A stretch of 64,000 nucleotides of DNA, taken from assembly GCF_026571515.1 (NCBI RefSeq), contig NW_026861034.1:1-64000 (forward strand). The letters are read 5' to 3'. Positions within the stretch are counted from its first letter, which is position 1; each line of letters begins with the position of its first letter. The DNA comes from Ruditapes philippinarum (Eukaryota). Under the pieces are notes generated by a model that did no database searches, was not told where the DNA came from, and saw nothing but the letters and a program-made list of their open reading frames with translations. Position numbers and translations under genes: made by a program. Below, one piece after another: positions 27,453-40,802 of the stretch.

Positions 27453-30400
27453 TTAAGAAAGTACAAACATCACATATTCTACCAATAAATCATTACACTT
27501 TGTTAATATTTGTTAGTTAACCTTCCATTGTCTCTCATAAAGTAACTCAATCAAAACGAGTCTGTAATTGTCACTATTAAAGTGTTCTCCTTTACCTATA
27601 TGTCCATAAGTTTTAAATCGAGTGTGCAATTTTCAAATAATATTGCTGTTTTCACTGCTTCTGAGAGATCATCAGTTTTTCAAGATTTTTTTACTTCATA
27701 ACAACAGGTGAATACATTTTGTTGTTGCCTAAATAATCACATGAAAAGATTTTTGTCTTAATTGTGCATATAATCATAAGCTGTAAAAATGCACCTTTTT
27801 TCTGATTAAGCCTTAATATAGAAGAGTATTAGTAAAATGTTTGTTTAATTAACTGGGACGAACATAAATTGTAATTTTACTTTAGAAAAACACAAATCAG
27901 ATAAACACTTCTGTTTAAAAGAAGCCTCATTCCATTTATTTATTTTTCTTAATACTTATAATCAGATTTAACGACATTATTGATTTGATGCTTTGTCTGA
28001 GACAACATGTTAACAGTGCATTTTATAAGATTTTAATTGAATAGAAAGGACACATGTGAAGAGATCAAAATCAAGAACAGTAAATATGCTTAATAGTCTA
28101 ATCATTTCTTTTTTGTAAATACTCCTACGCTGTTCATTAAACAGAACATCGATTAGTCATTTTGCTGCCAATCTAGCCGGCGGTAAGCTACAATTATCCT
28201 TTAGAAATAATAAACAATGATTATAAAGAAGGACTTTTTTCGCCGTAAATATTTCGTTAACTGTAACTGAATGATTGCTTGACAATTTAATTTTCTGAAG
28301 ACAGAACAAGTAAACAGAACTTGAATTGTTAAAAGCTCGAATTCACGCGCATCCAGGAAACATAATAAACTGTCAACATTTATCATTGAGACTGTTGATT
28401 GTGTTTGAAGCGCAATTATGTACCAAGACGTTGCTTTTAAAAACCTCTTGATAAATTCAAAGTGACCTTCAATTCATTGACATTTGAAAATGGAATGTAA
28501 TACCTTTCAGAGAGGGCGATCAACCTTTACTTAGCCTTTAATGTCAATTTCTGATAGTTTACTGTTAAAGATCTGTCCTCAATTTGCCTTGTTTCGTGAA
28601 CACTATGCTTACAACATACTTAGTATGAGAAATGGAGTGGAATTAAAGTTATTTTGATATGTTCAACGTGACCTTCGTTGTAAAAGATATTTCTGCAATT
28701 AGTCGTGTTCCATGAATATTATGCCCATAACATACTTAATGTTTATAATTATACAAAAGGAATTGAAAAAAGAAAAAAAGGGGTACAACTGAATGGGATG
28801 AATACACTGTTTGTAAAATGAAAGGAAAATATATAAACTTGAAATAGACTGAATATTGTTTTGTTTGAAGTGAACGAAACCAAACTCCAATGTGGCATTC
28901 ATGTGGCAGTCCGTTATTCAAAAGAACAAAACTTTGCCGCATTGTTTGGTCCCGCGAACAAAATGACGTTCAGATAGTAATTGTTAATTGATATCGTTAA
29001 GTGTAAATATGTGCGTCAGCAGCTTAGTGTGTTGCCAATTAAAACACATATTTAGAAACATTTTTTACAAATAATAACAATTGAAATGGCATAATAATTA
29101 GTGATATTGAAACGTTTGTTATTCAGAAAATGCGTTGAAATCAAACAATCTATTTATCTTTTTTGTAAGTGAAATGTCAAAATAAAAAATGTTTGCAGCT
29201 TTTGAGGAAGCTAATACAATGTTAGTTGTAACAATATCTTAATAAGGCATTGAATTGTCTGTGAAAGGTGCAGAGAAAAGAAAAGAATGCAGTTTATATT
29301 AAATCAATTGCAACAAACACTCCCCCCACAAAGATATAAGAAATAATGTAGTTAATTTTAAGATTGTGTAATGTTTATTGCATGCAATTGCATCGCTTTC
29401 AAGCAGAGAAAAAATAGTTTCTTACGAAATATGATCAACAGAAATGCGGAATATGCATAATCAGGTCTCACGTTATCTAATGCAAAGTTTCAATCAATAT
29501 CCTAAGAGAACGATTCCGAAAAGTACAATCGGTCGTTCATTTACATTGAAATAAATTTATAAATTCACGGCCAGCATTTATAAAAAAAACGGAAGTTTGA
29601 GAAAGCTGCTTGATAGAGTGGAAATGCAGTCAAGAAGTTTCAGAACAAAATGTAAATCATGGTGTGTTAATGTCAATTATTAGAGATTAACTGTAGAAGA
29701 TGTACTTGTTCAGTTAAATACTTATTGTCCAAGCAGTTAATAGAGTTTGACAAGCTTTCCGATCAATTGAATGCACATCTTCTTACCAGTGATCAAGCAG
29801 AAAAAAGAGTAACAGTGGGATAGACCAGGTACAGAACACGCCTCTTCATGCTTTAAGGCAACATAAAATAGAGGAGTAGCAGTAATGCACACACATGGTA
29901 AATGACTGTACTCGTAAGTATTAACATTAAGTTACCTTAGGTTTTCAAATTAACTTGGCTTAGTATCACCATTACCTCTTTCTAGGAAAAGTTGTGGCAG
30001 GAACGTAATCTTGCCGGATATCAGCAAAATGTATATGTTTCAAATTAAAGCTGAATTGACTATCTAATACAGACGATTGACCGTTATAATGGTAATTAAT
30101 CAAAAGTATGTGTCATTGATAGACACGACAGTAGTAGTGTTTGTAATGACCAGACTTGCTTTTTAGTATCTAACAATTTCGAAGTCACTGTTGTAGTTGA
30201 ATTTAGATTCTTAAAAATTTTAAAGGACAAATAAAAAGTGCAAATTTAGAGAATATTTATGGATCAGTTCAAAATACCTGTCCAATACATGTCATACCTA
30301 CACACTAAAGAAACTCAAGCAGATGATATATCACGAGGCACAACATTTGAAGCATAACCAACTCTAGTCGGTGGTGGCACGACCCTAAGTGTCCTTTCAG

Positions 30401-31669
30401 CTTTACTTTTGCTTTGAAAAATCGAAGTTAAATAGTTAAAAATAAAGTCATTTAGAATGTTTAGAATTGCTATAAGCTTAGAATGTATTACCCCTTCTTG
30501 AACGGCATTTAAAAAATTGTATATATTATGTTCATGCATGAATGTCATGAGTGAAACAACAACAATTAGATTTGTTTAACCATACGCCACGAAGAAAGGA
30601 AATTTAATCTTGCGCAATTAATTATTTTCGCTTATTTTACAATACTGAAGGTAATCATACCAGTTATTAAAACAATTTAAAAAAAAAAAATAAATAAAAA
30701 AAATAATATACGGTGGTCAACATGTTTTTATGTATGGGCCCCTAAAAAGTAAGATTTGTACTCAATTAGATAATTTTGTGAAGCAGAAAACTCAAAAATC
30801 AAACATACCTATTCCTTATTGCATATATTCATTATATTCAATTATTTAAAGGGCGTTCGACCATGCTTTAATAAAGATACTGTTGATTTGCTTCAAAAAA
30901 TGGGCATAACAAAAATCACTCAATTACTCTGAATAGCCATTTGAGCTAAAACACGAAGCTCTATACTCACATCAAATAGTTCCGTTACAAAACTAACGTA
31001 ATCAAAAGTTATCTGCTCGAATTCTACTTTAGTGACTCCACTAAGATATTTTGACAGATGAATTGTAATTAAATAACCTAAAATACAGGATTTTACAAAA
31101 ATGAATTATCTTGTTTACGAATGCGGTTATTATACAGCTATTAATTCTAACAAAATAATTACTATCATATTTTCTTCCATGTTTACTTCAAATATCTGAC
31201 GATATGATAGACTTCCTTATTGAGAGAAACATCAGCTCAGCAGTTACAGAAAATTTAATAAAATATATTAATTTTTAGGGTTAATATTTGTATTCATTTT
31301 ATTTCATTCTTAGTTCATAGGAGAAAAGTACAATTTCTGTGTTCTGTTTTTAAGAAATAAATTTAATGAATGTACCAATAATTAACTAAAAAAGCTTTCA
31401 GTCAGATAATATCATCAGACTGATTTGATTTATGGGCCAAATTTGTCTTGCTCTTACAAAGGTTTCATTAGCGGTTTCATACTTTAACATTTACTTAAGA
31501 ATAACAGCATTACAACTCAGTGCATTCCGACCATTCATAACACAACTTGATAAATGAATATTTAAAACCTTTGTAATACTCATTTCTATTTATATTACAA
31601 TACATAAGCTGTCGGTAAAAGGGAAAATACGTCTAACTCAATGTACGTATGGAATTCTTCTTACATATT

Positions 31670-32435
31670 AACTAGAAATGTGTCGCCACGCCACGGATGC
31701 CCCTTCGTGCAGCCAAACTTTCAAATGTTATAATATTTAGTTCCAAATTTGTTTTCACAAACTTTTATTTTCATTCTAAGTCAAAAGCACTTAAAACTAT
31801 TCAATGTTAACACAAACTATATTCATACAAAGTTCAATGCACTGATACTTTTTAGTCATAACCTTTTGTAAATTGCATATTGCATATTTGTAGCCAAAAT
31901 AAGGACTACATAAATTTCCATAAAAGAATAAGTGCTGAAACTGAAAATTCCAAAATTTTTCGAACATTCAAGAGAGATAACTTTTGTTATTGAACTAGGA
32001 CCAATTCACCCTTGAACTGCTTTTTCCTAAGATGTATCTGCTTGTCAAATTTGGGTCCTATTCGAATCCTTAAAGTGGAGGTAATGCATTACGTGGCTCC
32101 GTGGTCGAGGGGTTAGAGTCGATGACTTCTAATCCAGTTACCTCTCTGGCATGGGTTCGATCCCCGGGAGATGCTTTGGTAGTTTAGCACGGAGGAAGGT
32201 AGTCTAGTACCGGTGTAGCTCTCCAGGAACGATGGTTAGGAAACTACCCGCCTATATGATTGAAATACTGTTGGGAAAGGCGTAAAATGCAACAAACAAA
32301 CAAACAAACAAGATGATCATTTCTGTATAGTTTTATTACTATTTGCCGAGTGGTTTGGCAAGAAATATCGTTTAGGTTAAAATGTTCACGACGGAGGACC
32401 AACAACGGACATTGTGGGTTCACAATAACCTTTCA
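31670..32435 (-). mobile_element. Helentron-associated/pearl-like element remnant containing a SINE
   Basis: The minus strand ends GGGGCATCCGTGGCGTGGCGACACATTTCTAGTT, with an ACGGA/ACAAC microsatellite-like block at the other end. Confidence 0.5.
32093..32311 (+). mobile_element. tRNA-derived SINE with (AAAC)n tail
   Basis: A-box GTGGTCGAGGGG (32101), B-box GGTTCGATCCC (32154), 3' end ..GAAATACTGTTGG..GGCGTAAAA.. followed by an AAAC tail. Confidence 0.85.
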
Positions 32436-32824
32436 CGAGGAAGTTTGTTATATTTTTCATGGAATATACAAACAATTTCTTTGACTCCAGAATATCGAAG
32501 AAAATTAAATTTGTCAGAAGCATTTAATGATACAAAGATACAATTTCACCCAACTATGTAATTTAGGATCTTTCCTGAAATGTCATCTCTTTTTGCTTTA
32601 ATGAATTGTCAAACTTTTGAAAAATATCACGAAAAGAATACTTTTAGTTCATTGTTTACAATAACTAATCAAGTTTTAATAACCATAAATAGGAAAATAA
32701 TATTTTATTACTATTGATAGGTATTACGCAATAATTGGATAAAAGTGTCCAGTACGCCTTCCGCGAATGTGTGGTTAATAATTCACTAAAACAGTGTAAC
32801 AATTTGGAAGTGTTTAAGTTGTAT

Positions 32825-32852
32825 AATAATAATGATAATAAAAATAATAAAA

Positions 32853-32892
<40 letters not shown>

Positions 32893-32905
32893 TGATAATA
32901 ATATT
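32825..32905. repeat. (AAT)n microsatellite
   Basis: Direct AAT run, the source of the poly-Y ORF 32665..32910. Confidence 0.95.
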
Positions 32906-33364
32906 ATCATATATTAATGAAAGTAGATCGCCTTGTGAATATATATTTAGTACTTGGGTTGATGTGAAAAATGTTTGAGCAAAAAATCACTCATAAGTTC
33001 AAAATCGCATCCATTTTTTAGAAAATAAGGATACGTTTTTAATATGCTCTTAATTAGAATGAATTGATGTTCTTATATTGTATTTGTCCTATCACAGACA
33101 GTTGTTTGTGGTACCAATGCACTTTTTGCAATCTTTTCAAGCTTTGGCGATTCAAAAAGTAATAAAGTTAACTTCAATTCATTCTGACTTTTTAAATTTT
33201 ATTGGTGCCAGTTTTATTGTCATGAGCAATCCTGTCGTTTTTAAAGAAACTGATTTAAATCTATTGTCCGAAATTGTAGGTAGGATAAGGTATCGCTTAA
33301 ATCAGAGAAAACTTGGAAGTTGATGAATGAATGTGATACAACCAACCAGTGATCGGGCTATTGA

Positions 33365-33760
33365 ATTACGTTTTATTGTATTATAGTTTGGAGACCTTTC
33401 TGTTGAAAATGTGTCAGGGTTAAATCGTATACATATACATGCACAGTGCGTTAACTGGAGTGCGGGTATTAGTTACCCGCACTCCAGAGCATGCCCATTG
33501 ATTGGCTCATTTTTGCTGGGGTTTACATATTGTGACGGCAGAGAAAGGGAAAGCGACAGAAATGTCATATTCAGATGTTCGTTCATTGGTTCATTTTTGC
33601 CGGGGTTTCATATTGTGACAACAGGGAACGTGCTTTTATGTTTGACTATGATACAAAAGAGAAAGAACACCAAAACACTCGGCAATCTGATTAATACTCG
33701 GAGGCTACGCCCCCTCGTACAAATCAGATAGCCTCGTGTTTCGGTGCTCTTTCTATTACT
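33365..33760 (-). mobile_element. Palindrome-bearing (Crypton-like) non-autonomous element
   Basis: Hairpin 33662-33752 centred on CTCGGAGGCTACGCCCCCTCG, a second perfect 14-bp hairpin at 33455-33487, and an internal ~40-bp duplication. Confidence 0.55.
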
Positions 33761-35749
33761 TGTAGTTCTATTCTCAGTATACTAATCTAAATATATTCAC
33801 AACTTCTATCCTCGTCAAAGGCAGTATTTCCTGTCCCTTTTTACTTATGAAACCGATATCCAACAGTATGGCTGTTGATAGTTCATCTTGACATTTATTG
33901 TATGCAAATACGAAGGCTTAATTGACTTTTATGGCAGCGGACAGCATCTAGCCAATGTAAACCTTTATCATTTGAGAACGATTAAATAAAGGAGTATCTG
34001 TAGCTGAACAAAAAGTACATTTTCCAATATGGACAGTATGGTTCAGTTACCATAACTCAATATTGCGATTTCGTTGCGATTTACATAACCGAGAAACAAA
34101 TAGTAATACAGCATAGGTTTAATTATGATTGTTTGGTTGAACATGAGCAAACTAGTAAAAGAATAATAATAGAAAAAGACATGGGTAATTTGGAAATTTG
34201 GAATGTTTCTGCAATATGTAAAATTCAATCTCAAAATGTATATGGCAAAGAAAGCGCATTTTATGACAAGAAGGCCAATGCTAGTAACAAAATCCCTGAC
34301 TATCCATCAAAAATATTAAGGTTACATATTTTATTAGTTGAAGATACTTTTGTCACAATGATGTATGTTATCTTGGTAAATTCACATATTTTCTGATTTT
34401 CCACAGGTTCTTCTTTTCACTGATGTTCTGAAATTATTTTTTTCAGGGAAATTCTAAGTTAATTAAGTGACATGAAAATAAACCAAAGCTCGTAGTAAAT
34501 ACCCAGACAACCAAGATCTATAAATCTGTTTGATTCCAATATGTTACTATATTTTACACTAATGATAAGATTTAATCTTATTGTTGAAGTGATTGGTATG
34601 TCTGGTGCAACATGTTAAGCTACTATGCCCTTTGTAAGATGCTTATTAAAGGTGACAAACAAAAGTAAAGTAGTAGACTATAAAGAGTAATTTCATGTTA
34701 TTTATTTGACCGCTTATTTCTTGTTCCTGATACGATTATTTCTAATTAAACGGAAGATCGTTTAAAAACATGCTAATATTTTCTTTTAAGAAATAATAAG
34801 CACATCTCCTTTTAGGAAAACAGCAAACTATATTAAAGAAGTTACTGATTTGCAATGAAATATATTTTCAGCAGGGGCATTATTAGTTGACTGTACCTGA
34901 ATGATAAGTTTTTATCTGCGACACAAAACATGTGAACGAAAAAGATATAAAAATATCCCTTAAATTAACGGATGGCAGTCATGTGGCCAAACATTGCTCT
35001 TAAACTTATTAATAAATTAGGAGGATGTTTACTTTTCTTATGCAATAACTAAGCACTTCTAAAATGAGCCATTATTCTTCATAATTTTTATGTTATTAAT
35101 CTCAATGATAGACTTAAGGGTGAAGGGTTCTTAAAATTAAGTAAACATGCTGTCATAAATGTGTTAATGTTTCCATGTAAGATAAGTATTAGGCAGTGTT
35201 ATGAACTAGACGTGTGTCATTGTTAAGAGATATTGTGTAGATATGTGTTAATCAGTTGTAACAGTTTGATATCAACTTGGTTAAATGATTGACAAAACAT
35301 CGACATGCACAGAAAATGTTATTTTTCATTCCATTATGTGGCCCGACATAACAACATTTTTAACCACTTTTTTCCGTGACTAAATGCGAGTTGTAACAAA
35401 CAAAATAATGTACATTTGTATCATACAAAACAATTATAAAGCTGGTGATACACACAGACTGTATTGTTTTATCATAACATAAAGACGGTTTATAAGGACA
35501 CATGCAGAAGTATTCTTAAGAATATTATAAGGCAAGCGTAAATTATGGTTCCCATCATTTCAGTTTTGTTGTTTATCCTGTCCCAGACTAAAGGTCCTAT
35601 AAATCTTATTAGTTGATAAATAATTTAGTTGAAGCGAATCGAGTTAGAAAATAAAATGTATATATAAAAGGTACAGTATCAATATAGTGGTTTGATGGAA
35701 AAATAAACCTGTTGCTTATTTTATGAACATGGTAAATTCATAAAATTAC

Positions 35750-36050
35750 ATTTGCATGTACAGACAATCAATCAATGTTAACAAATTCGAAAGCTGCCAG
35801 AATTCATAACCTAATACGGCTAATAAAATGCCAGACCATGAGACATGTACAAACAAAATACAGTCTTCATAAATGTCAATGAAATCAATTCTTGATTGTG
35901 GGTAAATGACTTGACATAACATTATTTCAGTTATTGATAAAAGTTCACTTCTTGATTGCGGGTAAACGAAATATTTTACAGTCTGCTGATGAGATATATC
36001 ATCGATTGATAAAGCTGAAAATGTGTATGTCTTTATAATGTTTAATTTAT
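35750..36050 (-). pseudogene. Ancient LINE ORF2 relic (RTEX-like)
   Basis: ORF 35746..36054 has VKY and GILLAVLGYEFW, resembling ILNYAAEIW of the LINE at 6.1 kb. Confidence 0.35.
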
Positions 36051-36540
36051 CCAATTATTATTATTCCCCTGTTATCATTCTTTAATAGTTGACGGATGTA
36101 AATCTGTAGTTTCTGATAAACATCGGTTAAAAAAAAATGAAAAAAATGAAAAGAAAATGTTTAGATCCTAGAACCAATTTTATAGCTGTTTGTTGATACT
36201 TAGTATGTTGTACACGCACTGATAATTGAGCAAAACTTTTTAATATTAGTAAGTTTGTCAGTGCTTCGCCAATTTAAAAATACGTTCTTTAATGGTATAA
36301 CTGATTTATTTGTTGTTTTGTTTCTGTTGTTTGTTTATAAGATAAGAAAAGAAATCAATCCATCAATAAAAGAATAAAAAGGCTTTTTGTTTGGTAATAT
36401 CATTATACTGACTCCATTTATTCTGAAAGACCTTGATGAAGACAATTTGTCTTGCTCTAACAAAAGTTTCATTAGCGGTCTCATACTTTACATTAACTTA
36501 AGTAGGATCACATTACGATGAAGAGCATTCCTGAAAATAT

Positions 36541-36749
36541 GAGCCGCGTCATGACAAAACCAACATAATGGGTTTGCGACCAGCATGGATCCAGACCAGC
36601 CTGCGCTTCCGCGCAGTCTGATCAGGTTTCAAACTGTTCGCTATCAGTTTCTCTACTTGTAATGGAGTTGGTAAGCGAACATCATGGATCCTGATCAGAC
36701 TGCGCGGATGCGAAGGCTGTCTTACGTTGGTTTTTTCGTGACGCGGCTC
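36541..36749. mobile_element. Sola-type MITE
   Basis: TIR GAGCCGCGTCA / TGACGCGGCTC with long internal inverted arms and TSD ATAT. Same family as 22609-22730. Confidence 0.88.
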
Positions 36750-37849
36750 ATATTAGTTATTTAAAGAGAATAACAATCACAAAACATACTGTTTGACTGA
36801 TGAATTACACTAAACTTGATACATGTTTATACAACGGCTTCTTTATTACTTAATTCATTTTGATGGTAACTGTAAATGTAATTATTTTCTTGTTTATATA
36901 AATACTGTATATACCTTGTGAGAATTTAAGACGCATGTTAATGACAATTATTTTTGTTTGGTATAAAAGGCATTTCAAACTTTCAAATTCATGAAAATCA
37001 CGTAAGTCAAAAGACCAGGAGGTAATGTTATCATTATGGTACTTTACATAGAGATTATTATATCGTAAAATCAGAAGTCGTAGCGCAAAGGTAAGAATAC
37101 ACTGAATAGACACAAAGAGTAATATTACTGTATCTCTCTACTACTTCTATGTTGTTAAATCACATTTTTCTCTTGTGATAAATATAGTAAACTAATGTAA
37201 CGTGGTGACCGTAAACCGTAAATGAAACTCAACTATTGCAAAGAATTTCAAATTATACATCTTGCAAATAATGTCATGGCAACGTAAATATTTCGTTTAA
37301 GTGCATCCAATCCCATTAACAGTAAACAGTTTATTCACCCCCCTGACCTGGATCTTATAAATATACAATTTCTTGACATTCAGTAATTGCCTGTTTGTCC
37401 TGTTGCTAAATGCATTGTCTATTTCCATAATATATAATGCCGAAAATGTTGGGAAGACTTTAATGACACAGACATGCAATTAAACCTAAAACTATCATAC
37501 TACTTGAAATATGTTGTCCTGTTACAGTGACTGTTTTCTTAAACTGTCATTTAAATTTTACATCTAAATATCTATAAAAATGAAAAAAAGATGAAATTGT
37601 TCATGAAATAACGTGCTTTAACACACTTAACAACCAATACGCTATTTAAATGAAATTGAAGCTGATAACAATATTAGCAAATCATATTTCCTTTTCAGAA
37701 GTCAAATGTACTTGTTTGCGACTAAATCTGATATTATGACGCCACTTAATTTGAGAAGTAATACGCTTATATGTTCATTCCTTGTTGAGTTTTATGTCAT
37801 ATGGTAAAAGGTCACAATTTATGCGATAAATTTTAGTAAATATTGGTAA

Positions 37850-38110
37850 GAGGTTGTATTAAGACAACCATAGGAAATCCTTTAACAAACTCTTACCCAT
37901 ATAACTTCAAATTGGCTCTTACAACTCGATATCAGATAAAATAGAGAAAGTGTCACTTCTTTAATATATCTGCATATCGGCTCTTACTCCGCAGTAATTA
38001 GTGTAACCGCTTTTTTCATGAAGAAACCAGTGCTGATAGTGAAAATTGTGATTGGCATATTTTAATTAGCCAGGTCAGGTGTTTCTAAAACGGCTGATAA
38101 CACTGTAGCA
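37850..38110 (-). pseudogene. Ancient CR1-type reverse transcriptase relic
   Basis: The minus strand reads QHWFLHEKSGYTN...DTFSILSD, resembling the RT motif QHGF...KS..TN...D.IY.D. Confidence 0.45.
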
Positions 38111-38325
38111 ATGTGAGGATACATTTAATTTATTACATAGATAATACACGTGGAGCTCAGCTTGCAGAGACAAATGAGTACACAGTAACCTTTTGATATC
38201 CTTTTAACTCTAAGAAAAATGTCAATTATTAATTGCTGACTGTTTATATTTTCTAGAAAAAGTAAGCAAAACATTATTTTGTTTCATATGACAGGAATGA
38301 ATTGCATTAATACATTAATACATGG

Positions 38326-38903
38326 CCGTACATTTAATCAATGATGTTATATTTTCGATCCTTGAAGATCGTTTAGCACGACATTATTGTTGTGCTTGTG
38401 GTATTTTTTGTTTCAACTTTCGGCATTTTCTAGTTGGGTGGTTCCAATATTCCTACTTGAATAATGTTGAATCACCCTTAGGATATGTTGCCTGCTTTTT
38501 AAATTTGTCTTTTGACGTCTTATCTGTGATATGCAGGCTTCATAACCTCAGATCCCCTTTCAAAATTCCATTTTATTTAGTTCCGCCCATTGTTTTCTCG
38601 TTTAGGGCACACGCATTCTTTTACTTGGGGACCATACGCCGCTTTTCATGGAATGACACTACTGTGTCACATTGAAGGTTCCATGATAACCGCCGTATGA
38701 ACACATCTGCGGATGTTTCTAAATTCAAAATTTCACCATTTTAGTGTTGAAATGTTGAATTCTGCTTAAGCCGGTGCTAGGGGGCGTGGACGGTAACTTG
38801 CACTTTCCAGTACCGTCCATGAACAGGCTCAATCAAACCGAGCCTGCAACATTTTCAATTTTGCCGTGTTGGGCTTTCTTTAGGGATTCTGTATTTATCT
38901 ATT
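38326..38903 (-). mobile_element. Family A copy A3 (nearly a full unit)
   Basis: Reverse complement of 2226-2803 at high identity, with the same fixed terminus. Confidence 0.9.
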
Positions 38904-39414
38904 ATCTGTATTTCATATCTTTAGTGCAAAGTTACAATGACACAAGAAACATTTTCAGAATTTCAGAGTAAAGAAATATGATAATATTAATTATTTATAT
39001 GATTACTTAGTACATACATGTATAAGAATTACACTTGAAGTGAATAAAATATCCTTATATGTAAATGTGTCACATTGACAGCAAATACAGTGGGGTTTTA
39101 AGTATTTTGGTTTTGGAAATAATATTTATTGGTATGATAGATAAGGGTATTGTAATCAAATTATAAAAGTTGCTCATGCTATATAAAACGTTTAACTACA
39201 CGTGTAATATTTCATGTGATCCATATTAATTCATAAAATAGATTTGTTTCATTTTTATTAGATAGAGCCGTTCATAACGTTACACCATATGCTTATATAT
39301 TTTTTATCTGTACTGTTAATTTTGTAGTGAAGAAAAATCCTATAAGCCCATTATAAACTTCCTGCTTAGGTGAGTTATACATGTAGGTACAATTGGTAAA
39401 TGTAAATTTGTAAG

Positions 39415-39670
39415 TGTCCCCTTCCACTGTGCCCTTTGACTTTGTGGGCCTATTATTCAATAATTTATTTGTTGTCTTTGAATTCCTTATCAGTTACAAA
39501 TTATTTATCATTTTAGTAATTAACCTGTCCGTGCTCTGTCGTGTGCTATGTCCTGTTTTTGTTTGGGGTCCGCCTGGGCTAATTGCCACTGGTTCTTGTT
39601 GCTGGGTCGTAAAGGGGTTGCGTTCATTGAACGCCGCCTTTCTTTGTTGATCTTGTTTATCATATTCTTC
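39415..39670. repeat. Unclassified interspersed repeat (related fragment at 62272-62377)
   Basis: Both loci share the block ttgaac.ccgcctttc.ttgt.gatcttgtt.atcatatt. Confidence 0.55.
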
Positions 39671-40399
39671 TTTATATATTTATATTATCTATACACCTGT
39701 AAACACATAACACTTTAATACTGGATTGCATTCGTACTTTCTTACAGAATTTAAATAAGTTAATTAGTTGACTCTTTATACCATCCCAAATTGAAATATC
39801 TGAGATGTTTATCACCCTATCTAGCTCTCAAAGCATGATTTATATTCACTCAAATCAGCATGTGTCAATTGTTCATTTATTTTAGAAATGGACGTGTTCT
39901 TTTTTCTGGCTACATTTAGAGGGCGGTAATTATCGTTTGTTTGAAACGTGAACTTTGTTTAACATGCAATGTTTCTGAATGCTAAGACAATGTATTAGGA
40001 TACAGTCCATTATGAATACTGCATAATATCTTCTATAGGGACTTGCTTCACGTTATGACGATTTTATTTGCATTATGACGCCTTTTGCGTTATTTCACCA
40101 TTTATTTCACGTTACTTCGCCTTTTTGCATTATCACACCTTCAAATATTTACCGTTATTTAACTTGGTTATATAAGACTTCGCAGTGTCATGTATACTTC
40201 TTAGATGTTACATTGTGAGAAGGTGTTCTCTTTTGATGATTTTCTGTTTATTCTTATTAATTCAGACGAATCTAATTTGCTACTTCCTAATATCAAAAAT
40301 CTTTAAAATGTTGTTAAAATTACAAAAAAAACTGTTAAGGTTTTAGAAAAAAACTACTTATGGTAATGTCATCAGAAAGAGATATTGCATACAGAAAAA

Positions 40400-40802
40400 A
40401 ATCATGTTTTCACCAACGTAGTATTGTGTTTTCCCCATGATAGCACTTTCGCGATTTTACTATCGTTGTGTCTTGTTGTCACCATCGTAGTATTGTGCTT
40501 TTAACTTTTTATCATGAAATATCGCATTATCGTTGTTCCGATGTACAAGTATGTGGTATGGCCGTAAAATGACGCCGTATGTTTCGGTGTCTGACGACAT
40601 GTGTAACCAATTCATTAACATTCAGTGCTCAAAGAACGAAGGTGAAAACACAATATCATTTCGAGTTATCAGCATCGTATTTTCTTTGTTTCGCGTTTTC
40701 ACCATCGTAGTTTCATATTCTCACAATTGTGGTACTGTATTTTCGCCTATTTCCTTGTTACATTTTGAGAAGATGCAGAGATGTCCCACACAGGACACCG
40801 TA
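40400..40802. mobile_element. Degraded IS3EU-like MITE fragments
   Basis: TTTCACCATCGTA-type units and ...CCGTA termini like those of 20851-22049. Confidence 0.45.

Larger units (their letters stand above)
20689..29181 (+). repeat. Tandem segmental duplication, copy 2
   Basis: Collinear with copy 1 and carrying private insertions at 20851, 22609 and 26104. Confidence 0.9.

Noticed and set aside
32093-32170. tRNA gene (also 43377-43450)
   Set aside because: The cloverleaf stems are broken and both continue into SINE bodies with simple-repeat tails.
36433-36534. Box C/D snoRNA-like TGATGA...CTGA
   Set aside because: The boxes are not retained in the paralog at 31420-31530 and no host intron was identified.
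38322-38971. ORFs 38322..38675 and 38774..38971 (also 2653..2838 and 53477..53788)
   Set aside because: They lie in family A copies, have no recognisable domains, and their frames are not preserved across subfamilies.
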